A DNA stretch of 64,000 nt from Eledone cirrhosa (GCA_964016885.1 OZ024748.1:11904001-11968000), one strand, 5' to 3'; positions 1 to 60,513 are shown, counted from the first letter of the stretch. Numbers and translations are program-made. The notes: generated by a model from the letters alone, not told the origin.

Positions 1-821
1 GTGTGTATGTATGTATGTTGCTAAGTTGGATTTTCTAGTTTATTTTTGTTGTCTTTGTTACAAACATGAGAAGGCGAGAGAGTGTGTGTTTGGGCGTAAG
101 ATAGATATTGCGTTTGTGTGTGAGACAGAAAGTGTGTTTTTTGTATTTATGTCTCTGTTGGTGTTTGTGTGTGTGAGAGAGACAGAGAATTGTATGTGTT
201 TGTGTATATGAGACAGTGTGTGTGTTTGTGTATATGAGACTGTGTGTGTATGAGAGACAGTATGTGTGTCTATGAGAGACAGAGTATGTGTGTCTATGAG
301 AGACAGAGAATGTGTGTGTTTGTGTATGTGAGACTGTGTTTATGTTTGTGTGTATGAGAGACAGAGAGTGTGTGTATCAGAGAGACAGAGAGTGTGTTCA
401 TGTTTGTGTGTATGATAGAGAGAGGGGAGGAAGATCTGATGTCTCTGGAATATAAATAGGAAAAAAAAACAAAACATTTCAGAACTTGAGTGTGTGTGTG
501 TGTTTTTTTTTGGGGGTCATTCTGTTGTGTATGGCAATGTGTGTATGTCTGTGTGTGTGTGGGTGGGAGAGAGAAAGTGATTGTGTGTCGGTATTTAAGA
601 TTGTGTATGTTTGTCCCTACAGGTGTATGTGGGTATGTAAGACTGTATGGCTGTGTGTGTGTGAGGTGTATGTGCGTATTTAATACTGTGTATGTCTGCA
701 GGTGTGTATATGTTAAAGAGAGAGAGAGAGAGTGTGTGGTTATGTAAAATTGTGTGCGGCAGTGTGTGCATAGCTATGTGTGTGTGTGTGTGTGGGAGAG
801 GGGGCATTATGTGGCCGTGTT

Positions 822-854
<33 letters not shown>

Positions 855-1089
855 TTGTGTGTATGTAAGATTGTGTGTATATCTGTGTATGTTAGTGTGT
901 GGGTATGTAAGACTGTGTGTGTGACATTGCACATTCTTGCAGGTGTGTGTGTGTGTGTAACAGGCTGTGGTTTTCCCATGCACTTCTTTTGTATGAGGAT
1001 CAATGGAAGAGATTTTTTTTACGAAAAGGTGTGTATGCATGTATATATATATGTGTGTGTATTTGTATCATTTGTATATGCATGTATGC

Positions 1090-1122
<33 letters not shown>

Positions 1123-1290
1123 CGTCTTTGTACATGTGTGTATGTGTATGTACACAACCATGCATACATGTATATATGTATTTGTGCATGTATGTATATG
1201 TTTTGTACATATGTATGTATGTGTGAAGTTTGTATGTATATGTGTTAGTACATATATTAGTGTGTTGTGTGTATATTCAAATGTTTATTG
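1..1290. repeat. Degenerate (GT)n/(GA)n/(TA)n microsatellite-rich intronic tract
   Basis: Visible dinucleotide runs; ORFs here are poly-VC/TH. Confidence 0.85.
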
Positions 1291-1338
1291 TTGTATATAT
1301 CTCCAGGTATAACTCGGTTTACCTCATTTTTGAAGTGA

Positions 1339-1740
1339 GTGGATTTTTCTTTGGTAGAGTGTCGGACAATGTTTTGTAGCATATAGTTATGTCCCTTTAG
1401 GTTCTGAGTTCAAATCCCACTGAGGTTAACTTTGCCTTTCTTCCTGACGGGAGTCGATGAAATAAAGCACCAATAATGTACTGGGGTCGATTTAACCCTT
1501 TAGCATTTACATTTCTCTATATATACTATTGTATTTTCACAGTAAAGGCTTTACCTCACATAATATCGAATCTGAGAACAATACTTTTAAATCAGTATGA
1601 GTGGCCAGTTACGGCCAGTTTGAATAGATAAAAGTGAGAGAATTCTGGCCGGATACAGCCAGTTTAAATACTAAAGGGTTAATCGGCTTTCTCCCTCTCT
1701 CCAAATTGCTGGCCTTGTGCCTAAAGTAGAAATGATTATT
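1339..1740 (+). mobile_element. SINE family A copy interrupted by a TTAA MITE
   Basis: B-box GAGTTCAAATCC, core CTTTGCCTTTC...GTCGATGAAATAAAGCACC; tail GGCCTTGTGCCTAAAGTAGAAA resumes after 1682. Confidence 0.8.
1496..1678. mobile_element. piggyBac-type (TTAA) MITE, family M1
   Basis: TTAA on both sides; termini CCCTTTAGCATTTA...TAAATACTAAAGGG; other copies at about 17265-17421, 30782-30986 and 39440-39641. Confidence 0.8.
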
Positions 1741-1803
1741 CTATGTACTACAGATGCACCTTTGATGAGTTGTAGTGCACATGAGCACTGTACACAGTAA
1801 TTT

Positions 1804-1849
<46 letters not shown>

Positions 1850-1851
1850 AG

Positions 1852-47866
<46,015 letters not shown>

Positions 47867-48047
47867 CGAAATCGCGTAAAAAAAGAAAGATGAAAAATGT
47901 TTTGTTTTTTTTAGGGGGTTCCTTTTTTTTTTTTTTTTTTTCCCCTTTTGTCAGTTTTTAGGGGATCTGGACTTGTGTCCTTTCTAAAAACAACAACAAA
48001 TACATGAAAAAAAACACCAACAAAACAAAATGAAATAAACCAACAGT

Positions 48048-48053
48048 AAATAA
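48048..48053 (+). promoter_or_regulatory. Candidate polyadenylation signal (AATAAA) about 180 nt after the stop
   Basis: Hexamer only; AATAAA is frequent in this AT-rich DNA and the real 3' end is unknown. Confidence 0.25.
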
Positions 48054-48666
48054 AAGGGGGGGAAAAAAAAAAGACATTATTATTATTATTATTGTTTGTC
48101 TTTCTAAAGGGGCCTGCTTGAACTTGGGTATTTCCTACCACAGCACTTCACCCCAGACAATTCAGACATATTTCATTTATCCACCCCACTAAATTAAAGG
48201 AAACAAAAAAAAAACTATTACTATTATTATTAATATTGTTATCGTTATTAATTATTATTATTATTATTGTTGTTGTTATTGTTATAATTATTATTATTAT
48301 TATTATTATTATTAGGGCAGTGGATTAGCAGTAATTGGTAGAGCATCGAGCAACATGTTTTGTGCCATATTGTTGTGGCCCTTTAAGTCCTGAGTTAAAA
48401 AAATCCTGTTGGTGTTAGCTTTGCCTTTTTTCCTTAGGAGGGTTGATAAAATCGAGTACCAGTAATGTACTGGGGTCCATTTAATCAACTTCCCCCTCCC
48501 CTTCAAATTGCTTGCCTAAATCAGAAACAATTATTATTTGGCACAATTTAGCTGGAATGGTAGCACTGACTCAACTGATGATGATGATGATGACTGAACT
48601 GTCTTGTAGTTCTTAGTCTTGTCTGTCTCTCTCTCTCTCTCTCTTTCTGTCTCTGTCTCTCTCTCT

Positions 48667-48718
<52 letters not shown>

Positions 48719-49014
48719 TTCTACATATCTCTCTCTCTTTCTATCTTTCTGTCTTTATCTCTCTCTCTCTCTTTCTATCTTTCAGTCTCTCTCTATCTCG
48801 CTATCTTTTTGTCTCTCTATCTTTCTACATCTCTCTCTTTCTATCTTTCTGTCTCTCTCTCTCGCTATCTTTTTGTCTCTCTCTCTGTCTCTCTCTATCT
48901 TTCTACATTCTATCTCTCTCTCTCATTAAATGTATACACACTTTTATTTGAATACTGTTGAAGTGTGTATACATTTTTGCGGACACTGTATATGTATATA
49001 TGTATATATATATG

Positions 49015-49046
<32 letters not shown>

Positions 49047-49953
49047 GTTATACTTTGGGAGGGTCATGCTGCTAATAAACACACATCTGTTGGTTTTCAT
49101 TTCAATTTATTACAAATTTCCAGTTAGTTGGTTTATTTGTTGTCAAAGCTCTTTGGTCACAAATCAGTTGGACGCCATGTTTTGCAACATAGAGTTACGT
49201 CCCTTTAAGGTCAGAGTTCAAATCCCGCCAAGCAAAGCTTTGCCTTCCATCGTTACGGAGTCGATGGTTGATAAAATAAATACCAGTAATGCACTGGGGT
49301 CGATTTAATCTACTTTCTTCTCCCCCAAAATTGCTGGCCTTGTGCCTAAAGTAGAAACCATTATTATTATTATATCAGTAATACACTTGGATAATTGCTG
49401 GCCTTGTGCCTAAAGTAGAAACATTATTATTATTATTATTATTAAACAAGTATTGGTTGCATTCCATGAACAATTAATTTTTTTTCTAATTTAAATTATT
49501 TAAAAAAAAAAAATTTTATATTTGTTTTTGCACTTCTATTGTTTTTTGTGGCAGCATTTTTATTTGTTTTATTGATAGGTAATCAATTGATTGGTTGTGA
49601 TTGATGATTGATAACTGATTGATTGATGATTGACCATTTGGTAAGTGATAGATGATTGATTGGTTGGCAATTGATTTTTGATTGATATCTCATTGATTGA
49701 TAATTAGTTGATTGATTGGTAATTGATTGATTTGTGATTGATTTTTTATCGATATCATTGATTGATAATTAGTTGACTAATTGATCATTTGGTGATTGAT
49801 TTTCTATTGATTTTGTTTTTTAATTTATGTTAAACAATTATTTATAATGTTGATTTAATTTAATGTAATTTTTCTTTATTATTATTATTAAAGGTTGGTG
49901 GGTTAGCAGGAATCGGTAGAGCGTCGGACTACATGATTTACAGCATAGTTACG

Positions 49954-50290
49954 GTGGCTTAGTGGTTAGTGTCAGGCTAACAATGGCAAGATTTTGAGTT
50001 TGATTCTCAGACTAGGCTTTGTGTTGTGTTCTTGAGCAAGACATTTTATTTCACGTTGCTACATTTTTTTACTCAGCTGTAGAAATAAGTTGTGATGTCA
50101 CTGGTGCCAAGCTGTATCAGCCATTGCCTTTCCCGTGGACAACATTGATGGCATGGAGAGGGGGAGCCTGGTATACATGGGAGACTGCTGGTGTTCCATA
50201 AACAACATTGCCTGGACTTGTTCCTTGGATGGGAACTTTCTAGGTACAAATCTCATGGTCATTTGTAACTGAAGAGGGTCTTTACCTTTT
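49954..50290 (+). mobile_element. SINE with a family B-like head, nested in a SINE A copy (about 49893-50455)
   Basis: GTGGCTTAGTGGTTAG head and CTTGAGCAAGACA body; the SINE A sequence resumes at about 50295. Confidence 0.7.
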
Positions 50291-51190
50291 CGATCCTTTA
50301 GGTACTGAGTTCAAATCACACAGGTTAGCTTTGCCTTTCATCCTTACGGGATCGATAAAATAAAGTACCAGTAATGCACTGGTGTCGATTTAATTGGCTT
50401 TCCTCTCTCCCCCCAAAATTGTTGGCTTTGTGCTTAAATCAGAAATCATTATTATATTGACAGAATTGTTAGAGCATCGGGGAAAGTGTCATTATGGTAT
50501 TTGTTCTGGCTCTATATTCTGAGATCAAATCTCAATCAGGTCAACTTTACTTTTCATCCTTCTTGGGTTGATAAGATAAAGTACCAGTCAAGTAGTGTAG
50601 GCATGTGGCCTAGTGGTAAGGGTGTTGGACTTACGATCATAATCGATTTTTTCCCCCCACCCCCACTCAAATTTTAGGCCTTGTGCCTAAATTAGAAACC
50701 TTTCATACAAATGAAGTTCAGCCACAAAACTAAAGAGACAACGAACAGATGGTTGGGGTGTGATGGTTGACCAAGAGAACTGAGTTTTATTGGATTATCG
50801 GCATATGGAGATGGGTGAATGGGGAGGGGAGGCATAGCTGGTTGGGGTGAAGTTGGGGTGGGGGGTGAAACTGATGAAATAGTCCCTTGTGATCTCATGG
50901 GTGTTTGTGTATGTATGTGTAAGTTTGTTTTGTGTGTATGTATATATGTACATATTTGTGTGTGTGTATGTATGATATATATGTGTCAGGGTATATATAT
51001 ATATATATATATATATCTTTAGCGCTTTCCATAAAAATGAAAGTTATTTATACAGATGGGTCAAAACAAAAAGCTTTACCTGTTATTCTTAATTTTTAAA
51101 TTTGTAATCCTTTTCTTTTTTATTTATATTTTTCAAAACAGTGGCTTGGAAGAGTTTGAGATGCTTGATCACTCATTACATGATTAAGAG

Positions 51191-51233
<43 letters not shown>

Positions 51234-52065
51234 ATGAAAAGATTCAGGACCCAGACAGCTGAACTCTGGCTGTTTCGATAGCTAGATCTGAACTGGTTAT
51301 GGTCCACTTAGTATTTTACCACACCTTTTCTGATATATATTTATATATCATTGTCTTTACACTCACTGTATTGGTGCTATATATCTCTTTCTCTCATCAT
51401 AAGCAAGGCATATTACTTCTCTTACCTTTCCTATGTTGTCCATATTGAAACTGTTAACTTACTGCACTCCTCCCACATCACCTCTACTATAATATGTGAC
51501 ACCTGTTTCTTGGAATGCTAATTATAATATGTGATTAGCAGTATAGGAAAGTGTAGATATATTCACCTTTAATTGAAAATAATAATAATGTTATTATTAT
51601 TATTGTTAGGGTGGTGGATTGGCGGTATCGGTAGAGAGTCGGACACCATGCTTTGCAGCATAGAGTTACGGCCCTTTATGATCTGAGTTTAAATCCCTCC
51701 GAGGTTAACTTTGCCTTTCATCCTTACAGGGTCAATTTGACTTTCCCCTCCCCCCAAAATGTTGGCCTTGTGCCTAAATTAGAAATCATTATTATTATTA
51801 TTAACATATAATTTAATTATTTGTTCCAACAAATTAATTATTCAGATGCAAATGAATTTAAAATTGATTAAAAAAAAACAACTAACTAAAAACACCACAA
51901 ACAAATTCAAATCTTTGTACATTTTTTTGTCACCTGAAATAGCAACAACAAAAACAAAAAAATAATAAAATAAAAAAAAATTAGAAAAATTGAATTTAAT
52001 GAATTTAAAATTAATTAATTGAAATAAAAACCCAATATTTTTCAAAACATACCTAGACTCTTTAT

Positions 52066-52505
52066 ATTCTTTATTTTACTGGTTTCAGTCATTTGACTGT
52101 GGCCATGCTGAAGTACTGCATTTTCAAAGGATTTTTTTTTTAGCTGATTATATTGTACCCCTGCTCTCGGCACTTTTGAAATTTTTTTTTTGTCTGCCCG
52201 CTGTTATTTTATCGATCTCTATTTGTTGAACAGCTAAGTTAAGGGACATAAACAGTAAAAGTGAATCACATACTTACACACATATATTCCCTACAGGCTT
52301 TTACATAGTCTCTTGTCTACCAAATTATTTCCTCACAAGGCATTGGTCATGCGAGTGTTATAGTAGACACTTGCCCAAGGTGCCACCCAAGACATTGGTC
52401 AAGCTAAGGTTATAGTAGAAGACACTTGTCCAAGACATTGGTCAAGCGAATGTTATAGTAGTAGACACCTGCCCAAGGGGTCACCCACTGGGACTGAACC
52501 TAAAA
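52066..52505 (-). mobile_element. Octopus-type SINE, degenerate, with an internal triplication
   Basis: TTTCAGTCATTTGACTGTGGCCATGCTG end and ATAGTAGAAGACACTTG.CCAAG segments, recalled as abundant in octopus genomes; short end fragment also at about 55932-55985. Confidence 0.65.
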
Positions 52506-53413
52506 GACATGTAATTACAAAAGAAAAAAAATCAATGCATAAAATAATTTCCATGATATTCTTCTATTTGGAGAATTACCATTAATGTTTGAATCACCAT
52601 CACCACCGCCACTACCACCATCAACAACAAGGGTTACCACCATTATCACTACCACTATCAACATTATCATCACAGGGTGTACATTGTAAAGTTAGGGTTA
52701 TGTTAGTTTTAACAGTGTTTTATGAATTCTAACAAAGCTGTATTCGTATTGCTTTAAATAATTGACAAATAGTTATATACCAACAACATACTAGTGTTGA
52801 CTAACTAGTAAGTAGTATTGACCATAGCTATAGGTCAATAAATCAAACTGAAAAGTAATTTCCTACTTTGAAGTAAAATATTTTCAAGGGAGATAACTCG
52901 TCTTGATTTTGACTATTCTACAAAGCATTTACTTTGTTATCTCCCTTTAATATTAAACGTCCTTTTAGAAGATTTTAAGAGTTTAGTCTTATTGTGTAAT
53001 ATTTGAGTATTGCGGGTTCAAATGTCTCAGCGGGAAAACATCTTAAGTTACGGCATTGTATATTTGTTCTGGCACTCTGCGTTCTAATTCTGTTCAGGCC
53101 TACGCACCTTTTCATATACTCAGGGTCGATAAAGAAAGTAACAGCCAAGTGCTGCACCAACACTGGGCTGGTACAACAGTCTCTCCTTTTAGTAATTTAG
53201 AAACGAGAAAAGGACTACTATGAAAAATGCAGAAAAGTGTATGTGTGTGTATATATATATATGTGTGTATATATATATATGTATGTACGAGTATATATGT
53301 ATATATATATAGGTATATATGTGTGTATATATATATATGTATGTACGAGTATATATGTATATATATATAGGTATGTATATATATATATATATATATATGT
53401 ATGTAAGGAACGA

Positions 53414-53626
53414 TCGACTTTCGTCAAATCGGACGGAGGGAACAATGTTTCCGTTGGTCTTTCCAATTGCTAATACTATCTATCGGTCGCAACTCCAGGT
53501 AGATGGAGCAATGTGAAATAAAGTGTCTTGCTCAAGGACATAACGCATCGCCTGGTCCAGGAATCGAACTCACAACCTTACGATTGCGAATCCAATTCTC
53601 TAACCACTCAGCCACACGCCTTCACT
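53414..53626 (-). mobile_element. SINE family C, left arm of the palindrome
   Basis: Reverse complement of 53628-53840. Confidence 0.9.
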
Positions 53627-53627
53627 T

Positions 53628-53840
53628 AGTGAAGGCGTGTGGCTGAGTGGTTAGAGTATTGGATTCACAATCGTCAGGTTGTCAGTTCGATTCCTGGACC
53701 AGGCGATGCGTTATGTCCTTGAGCAAGACACTTTATTTCACATTGCTCCATCTACCTGGAGTTGCGACCGATAGATAGTATTAGCAATTGGAAAGACCAA
53801 CGGAAACATTGTTTCCTCGGTCCGATTTGACGAAAGTCGA
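53628..53840 (+). mobile_element. SINE family C, right arm of the palindrome
   Basis: A-box TGGCTGAGTGG, B-box AGTTCGATTCC. Confidence 0.9.
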
Positions 53841-54035
53841 AGCGTTAAAGAGATAAAGAATATATGTATATATGTATGTATATCTATGTATATATATCTA
53901 TAAATGTATATATGTGTATATATATATATATATGTGTATATGTATATATGTGTATATATATATATATATGTGTATATGTATATATGTATATATATATATG
54001 TATGTATATTATATGTATATGTGTATATATATATG

Positions 54036-54084
<49 letters not shown>

Positions 54085-54291
54085 ATATATATGTATATAT
54101 ATGTATATGTATATATGTATGTATATATATGTATATGTATATATATATGTATATGTATATATATATATGTATATGTATATATATATATGTAATGTATATA
54201 TATGTATATGTGTATATGTATATATATATATGTATATATATATATGTATATATGTATATATATATATGTATATATGTATATATATATATGT

Positions 54292-54332
<41 letters not shown>

Positions 54333-54378
54333 TGTATATATATATATGTATATATATATATGTATGTATATATATATG

Positions 54379-54411
<33 letters not shown>

Positions 54412-54416
54412 GTATA

Positions 54417-54462
<46 letters not shown>

Positions 54463-54534
54463 CTTATGTATATATGTATATGTATATATGTATGTATATT
54501 ATTATTACTATATATGTATGTATATTATTATTAC

Positions 54535-54585
<51 letters not shown>

Positions 54586-54626
54586 GTGTATATATATATG
54601 TATATATATATGTGTATATATATATG

Positions 54627-54659
<33 letters not shown>

Positions 54660-54784
54660 GTGTGTATATATATATGTATATATATGTGTGTATATATATA
54701 TGTATATATATGTGTATATATATATATGTATATATATGTATATGTATATATGTATATATATATATGTATGTATATGTATATATG

Positions 54785-54817
<33 letters not shown>

Positions 54818-54952
54818 GTATATATGTATATGTATATATGTATATGTATATATGTATATATATATATATGTATATATATATATGTATATATGTATATATA
54901 TATATATGTATATATATATGTATATATATATGTATATATATATATGTATATA

Positions 54953-55035
<83 letters not shown>

Positions 55036-55048
55036 GTATATATATATG

Positions 55049-55081
<33 letters not shown>

Positions 55082-55176
55082 GTGTATATATATATATATG
55101 TATATGTATATATATGTATATATATATATATATGTATATGTATATATATGTATATGTATATATATGTATATATATG

Positions 55177-55207
<31 letters not shown>

Positions 55208-55254
55208 GTATATATATATATATGTATGTATATATATATATATGTATGTATATG

Positions 55255-55303
<49 letters not shown>

Positions 55304-55437
55304 GTATATATATATGTATATGTATGTATATGTATATATATATGTATATGTATATATATATGTATATGTATGTATATGTATATATATATGTATATGTATG
55401 TATATGTATATATATATGTATATGTATATATATATGT

Positions 55438-55469
<32 letters not shown>

Positions 55470-55763
55470 GTATATATATGTATATATATATATATGTATA
55501 TATATGTATATATGTATATGTATATATATGTATATATATATATATGTATATATATGTATATATGTATATATATATATATGTGTATATATATGTGTATATA
55601 TATATGTATGTATGTATATATATATATGTATGTATGTATATATGTATGTATATGTATGTATATATGTATGTATATGTATGTATATATATATATAAATATA
55701 TATATGTATATATATATATATATATATGTATATGTATGTATATATATATATAAATATATGTAT

Positions 55764-55808
<45 letters not shown>

Positions 55809-55880
55809 TATGTATATGTATGTATATATATATATATATATATGTATATGTATGTATATATATATATAAATATATGTATG

Positions 55881-55931
<51 letters not shown>

Positions 55932-56001
55932 ACTCTTTTACCTGTTTCAGCCATCCGGCTGAGGCCATGCTGGGGCACCGCCCTGTATATATATATATAT
56001 G

Positions 56002-56070
<69 letters not shown>

Positions 56071-56075
56071 GTATG

Positions 56076-56126
<51 letters not shown>

Positions 56127-56450
56127 GTATGTATATATATATATATGTATGTATATATATATATATGTATGTATATATATATATATGTATGTATATATAT
56201 ATATATATGTATGTATATATATATATAAATATATGTATGTATATATATATATATATGTATGTATATATATATATAAATATATGTATGTATATATATATAT
56301 ATATGTATGTATATATATATATAAATATATGTATGTATATATATATATATATGTATGTATATATATATATATATGTATGTATATATATATATAAATATAT
56401 GTATGTATATATATATAAATATATGTATGTATATATATATATATGTATGT

Positions 56451-57022
56451 ATCTCATGGTCGGGTCGTTGGCGACTAAACTGGCGACTAAACTGGCAACC
56501 CCACCAAGGTTTCTTGGTGAGGAGGGTGACTTTGGACATCCTGCAGGACTAAAAACAAAACCTGTCAAAGGGCAAAGGAGCTCTTAAGAGTCAATGGCCA
56601 TCCAAAATCACTGGGAGAGATGACCCCTTAGCCTTTGTCAAGGCAGAATTCTAGGAGAGGGAAAACTCTGATATAACACCTGCAACCCTGATGGTATCCA
56701 ATGATGTTGACTTGTTCTTCTTTTTGGTAAATATCATCTTGGTTAAGAGAGTGGGACTGGCTTTGTGCAGTGCCTTTGCTCACTATAAAAGCTTCACGGC
56801 ACAGGCATTGCTTTATATCTGGAGATCTCTCTGCACTTGTCGTCGCATGGTACCAAGGGCCCAGCACTATGTGTCAATAATTGTCACAGGTGTAGTGTTT
56901 GTACCAGAGTTTTCAAGTCGCTGGCTGGACTAAAAAGTCACACTCGTTCAGCGCATCGATAGGGGTTCTCCTACATGGATATAAAGTAGTGGCCGTACTC
57001 GAAAACGAGTTGGCAGCCACCA
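56451..57022 (+). mobile_element. Short, apparently internally deleted RTE-like retroelement (5' UTR-like part plus C-terminal C2H2 finger and 3' end)
   Basis: 56882-56962 encodes [26 protein letters not shown]; CTAGGAGAGGGAAAACTCTGA resembles RTE 5' regions (from memory); ends in (TA)n. Confidence 0.65.
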
Positions 57023-57024
57023 TG

Positions 57025-57087
<63 letters not shown>

Positions 57088-57142
57088 GTACGCATGTATA
57101 TATGTATGTATATATATATATGTATGTATATATGTACGTATG

Positions 57143-57173
<31 letters not shown>

Positions 57174-57328
57174 GTATGTATGTATATATATATATGTATA
57201 TATATATGTATGTATATATGTATGTATATATATATATATATGTATATATATATGTATGTATATATATATATGTATATATATATGTATGTATATGTATATA
57301 TATATGTATGTATATATATATATGTATG

Positions 57329-57361
<33 letters not shown>

Positions 57362-57446
57362 GTATGTATATATATATGTATGTATATATATATGTATGTA
57401 TATATATATGTATGTATATATATATGTATGTATATATATATGTATG

Positions 57447-57477
<31 letters not shown>

Positions 57478-57632
57478 GTATATATATATATATGTATATA
57501 TATATGTATGTATATATATATGTATGTATATATATATGTATGTATATATATATGTATGTATATATATATATGTATGTATATATATATGTATGTATATATA
57601 TATGTATGTATGTATATATATATGTATGTATG

Positions 57633-57695
<63 letters not shown>

Positions 57696-58088
57696 GTATA
57701 TATATATGTATGTATATATATATAATGTATGTATATATATTGTTATACTTTGGGAGGGTCATGTTGCCAATAAGAAACACACGCACCAGTTGTTTCACTT
57801 CAATTTATTATAATACATTTATAAATTTAGGAATTTATAAATTTCCGGTTGGTTGGTTGGTTCCACAATCAGATGGTTGTTTATATATTGTCAAAGTTCT
57901 TTCGTCACACATTCTGTGACCTCTTCAGTGACTGGGGATTCTTTTCTTTGTTTTTGTGCCTCTCCTTTGTTCTGTCGTACGCCATCTTGTTTCTCTTGAG
58001 AAACATATATACGTATGTATATATATGTATATATATATGTATGTATATGTATGTATATATATATGTATATATATATACATATATATCC

Positions 58089-58498
58089 GGGAAAGATGAC
58101 CCCTTAGCCTTTGTCAAGGCAGAATTCTAGGAGAAGGAAAACTCTGATATAACACCTGCAACCCTGATGGTATCCAATGATGTTGACTTGTTCTTCTTTT
58201 TGGTAAATATCATCTTGGTTAAGAGAGTGGGACTGGCTTTGTGCAGTGCCTTTGCTCACTATAAAAGCTTCACGGCACAGGCATTGCTTTATATCTGGAG
58301 ATCTCTCTGCACTTGTCGTCACATGGTACCATGAGCCCAGCACTGTGTGTCAATAATTGTCACAAGTGTAGTGTTTGTACCAGAGTTTTCAAGTCGCTGG
58401 CTGGACTAAAAAGTCACACTTGTTCAGCACATCGGTAGGGGTTCCCCTACATGGATATAAAGTAGTGGCCGTACTCGAAAACGAGTTGGCAGCCACCA
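58089..58498 (+). mobile_element. Second, 5'-truncated copy of the same RTE-like element
   Basis: Nearly identical to about 56613-57022; 58358-58438 encodes [26 protein letters not shown]. Confidence 0.7.
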
Positions 58499-58578
58499 TA
58501 TATATATATGTATATATATGTATGTATATATATATATATGTATGTATATATATATATATGTATGTATATATATATATG

Positions 58579-58619
<41 letters not shown>

Positions 58620-58893
58620 ATGTGTATATATATATATATGGATGTGTATATATATATATATGGATGTGTATGTATATATATATATATGTATGTATATATA
58701 TATATATATGTATATATATGTATATATATATGTATATATATATGTATGTATATATATGTATATATGTATGTATATGTATATATGTATCTATGTATATATG
58801 TATCTATGTATATAGATGTATCTATGTATATATTTGTATATATATGTATATAATACATATATATATACATATATGTATATATGTATATAATAC

Positions 58894-58924
<31 letters not shown>

Positions 58925-58948
58925 CATATATGTATATATGTATATAAT

Positions 58949-59009
<61 letters not shown>

Positions 59010-59118
59010 CATATATACATATATATATACATATATACATATATATATATACATACATATATATAACATATATACACATATATATACATATATATAACAT
59101 ATATACACATATATATAC

Positions 59119-59149
<31 letters not shown>

Positions 59150-59686
59150 CATACATATATATATATATATACATACATATATATATACATACATATATAT
59201 ATATACATACATATATATATACATATATACATATATATATACATACATATATATATATACATATATTATATATGTATATATATATATGTATGTATATATA
59301 TATATATGTATAACCTACAACATTTTCAACATATGGATTACACTGAGTTCTTCAGGCAGACTGGACCCCACAACTTACCGTGGATATCTCTGTGTATATG
59401 TATATATATATATGTATGTATATATATGTATATATATATACATGTATATATATATATTAGTATATATGTATATATATATATGTATGTGTATGTGTATATG
59501 TATGTGTATATATATATATATGTTTGTATATATATATGTATATATATGTATGTATATATATATATATATGTAGGTGTATATATGTATATATATATATATG
59601 TCCATATATATATGTATATATATGTATATATATATGTATATGTATATATATATGTATGTATGTATATATATATATATATATGTATG

Positions 59687-59719
<33 letters not shown>

Positions 59720-59766
59720 ATATATATATATATATGTATGTATATATATATATATATATATGTATG

Positions 59767-59797
<31 letters not shown>

Positions 59798-59857
59798 GTA
59801 TGTATATATAAATATATGTATGTATATATATATGTATATGTATGTATATATATGTAA

Positions 59858-59889
<32 letters not shown>

Positions 59890-59890
59890 G

Positions 59891-59923
<33 letters not shown>

Positions 59924-59972
59924 GTATATGTATGTATATATATGTAAATATATATGTAAATATATATGTAAT

Positions 59973-60006
<34 letters not shown>

Positions 60007-60293
60007 TGTCTATAGATATATGTGTATATATATATATGTCACACACATGTACACCCATAAATCTGCATGTGGGTATGTAGGCGTGTAAGTACACTCCTAT
60101 CCATGTACGCCCCCAAACATGAAATATTTACGAATATTTCAGTTTCTAAAAAATGTCGGAAAGAGCGGATGGCAAAGAAGTCTTTGATTTAACTAATAAT
60201 ACGATTATGCAATACATATGTGTGTTTGTGTGTGGGGGTGTATGTATACACACACCCACTCATACATACATAACATACATACAAACACATACT

Positions 60294-60340
<47 letters not shown>

Positions 60341-60387
60341 ATGTATATATATATATGTATGTATATATTTATATATATATATATATG

Positions 60388-60429
<42 letters not shown>

Positions 60430-60476
60430 TGTATGTATGTATTAATCTAGGGAATTATACCCACCCCAGATAGATA

Positions 60477-60513
<37 letters not shown>

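Noticed and set aside
53628-53705. tRNA-like heads (here and near 4930-5000, 36908 and 44728) as tRNA genes
   Set aside because: A and B boxes are present, but each continues into a shared SINE body and I see no clean cloverleaf or terminator.
56882-56962. C2H2 finger as an exon of a host zinc-finger gene
   Set aside because: Single finger with no TGEKP linker, an immediate stop, duplicated with 5' truncation and ending in a TA tail, which fits a retroelement 3' end.
53864-60080. Very long poly-YI/YM/IC ORFs (up to 774 aa)
   Set aside because: These are translations of (TA)n/(TG)n tracts, which contain few stops in any frame.
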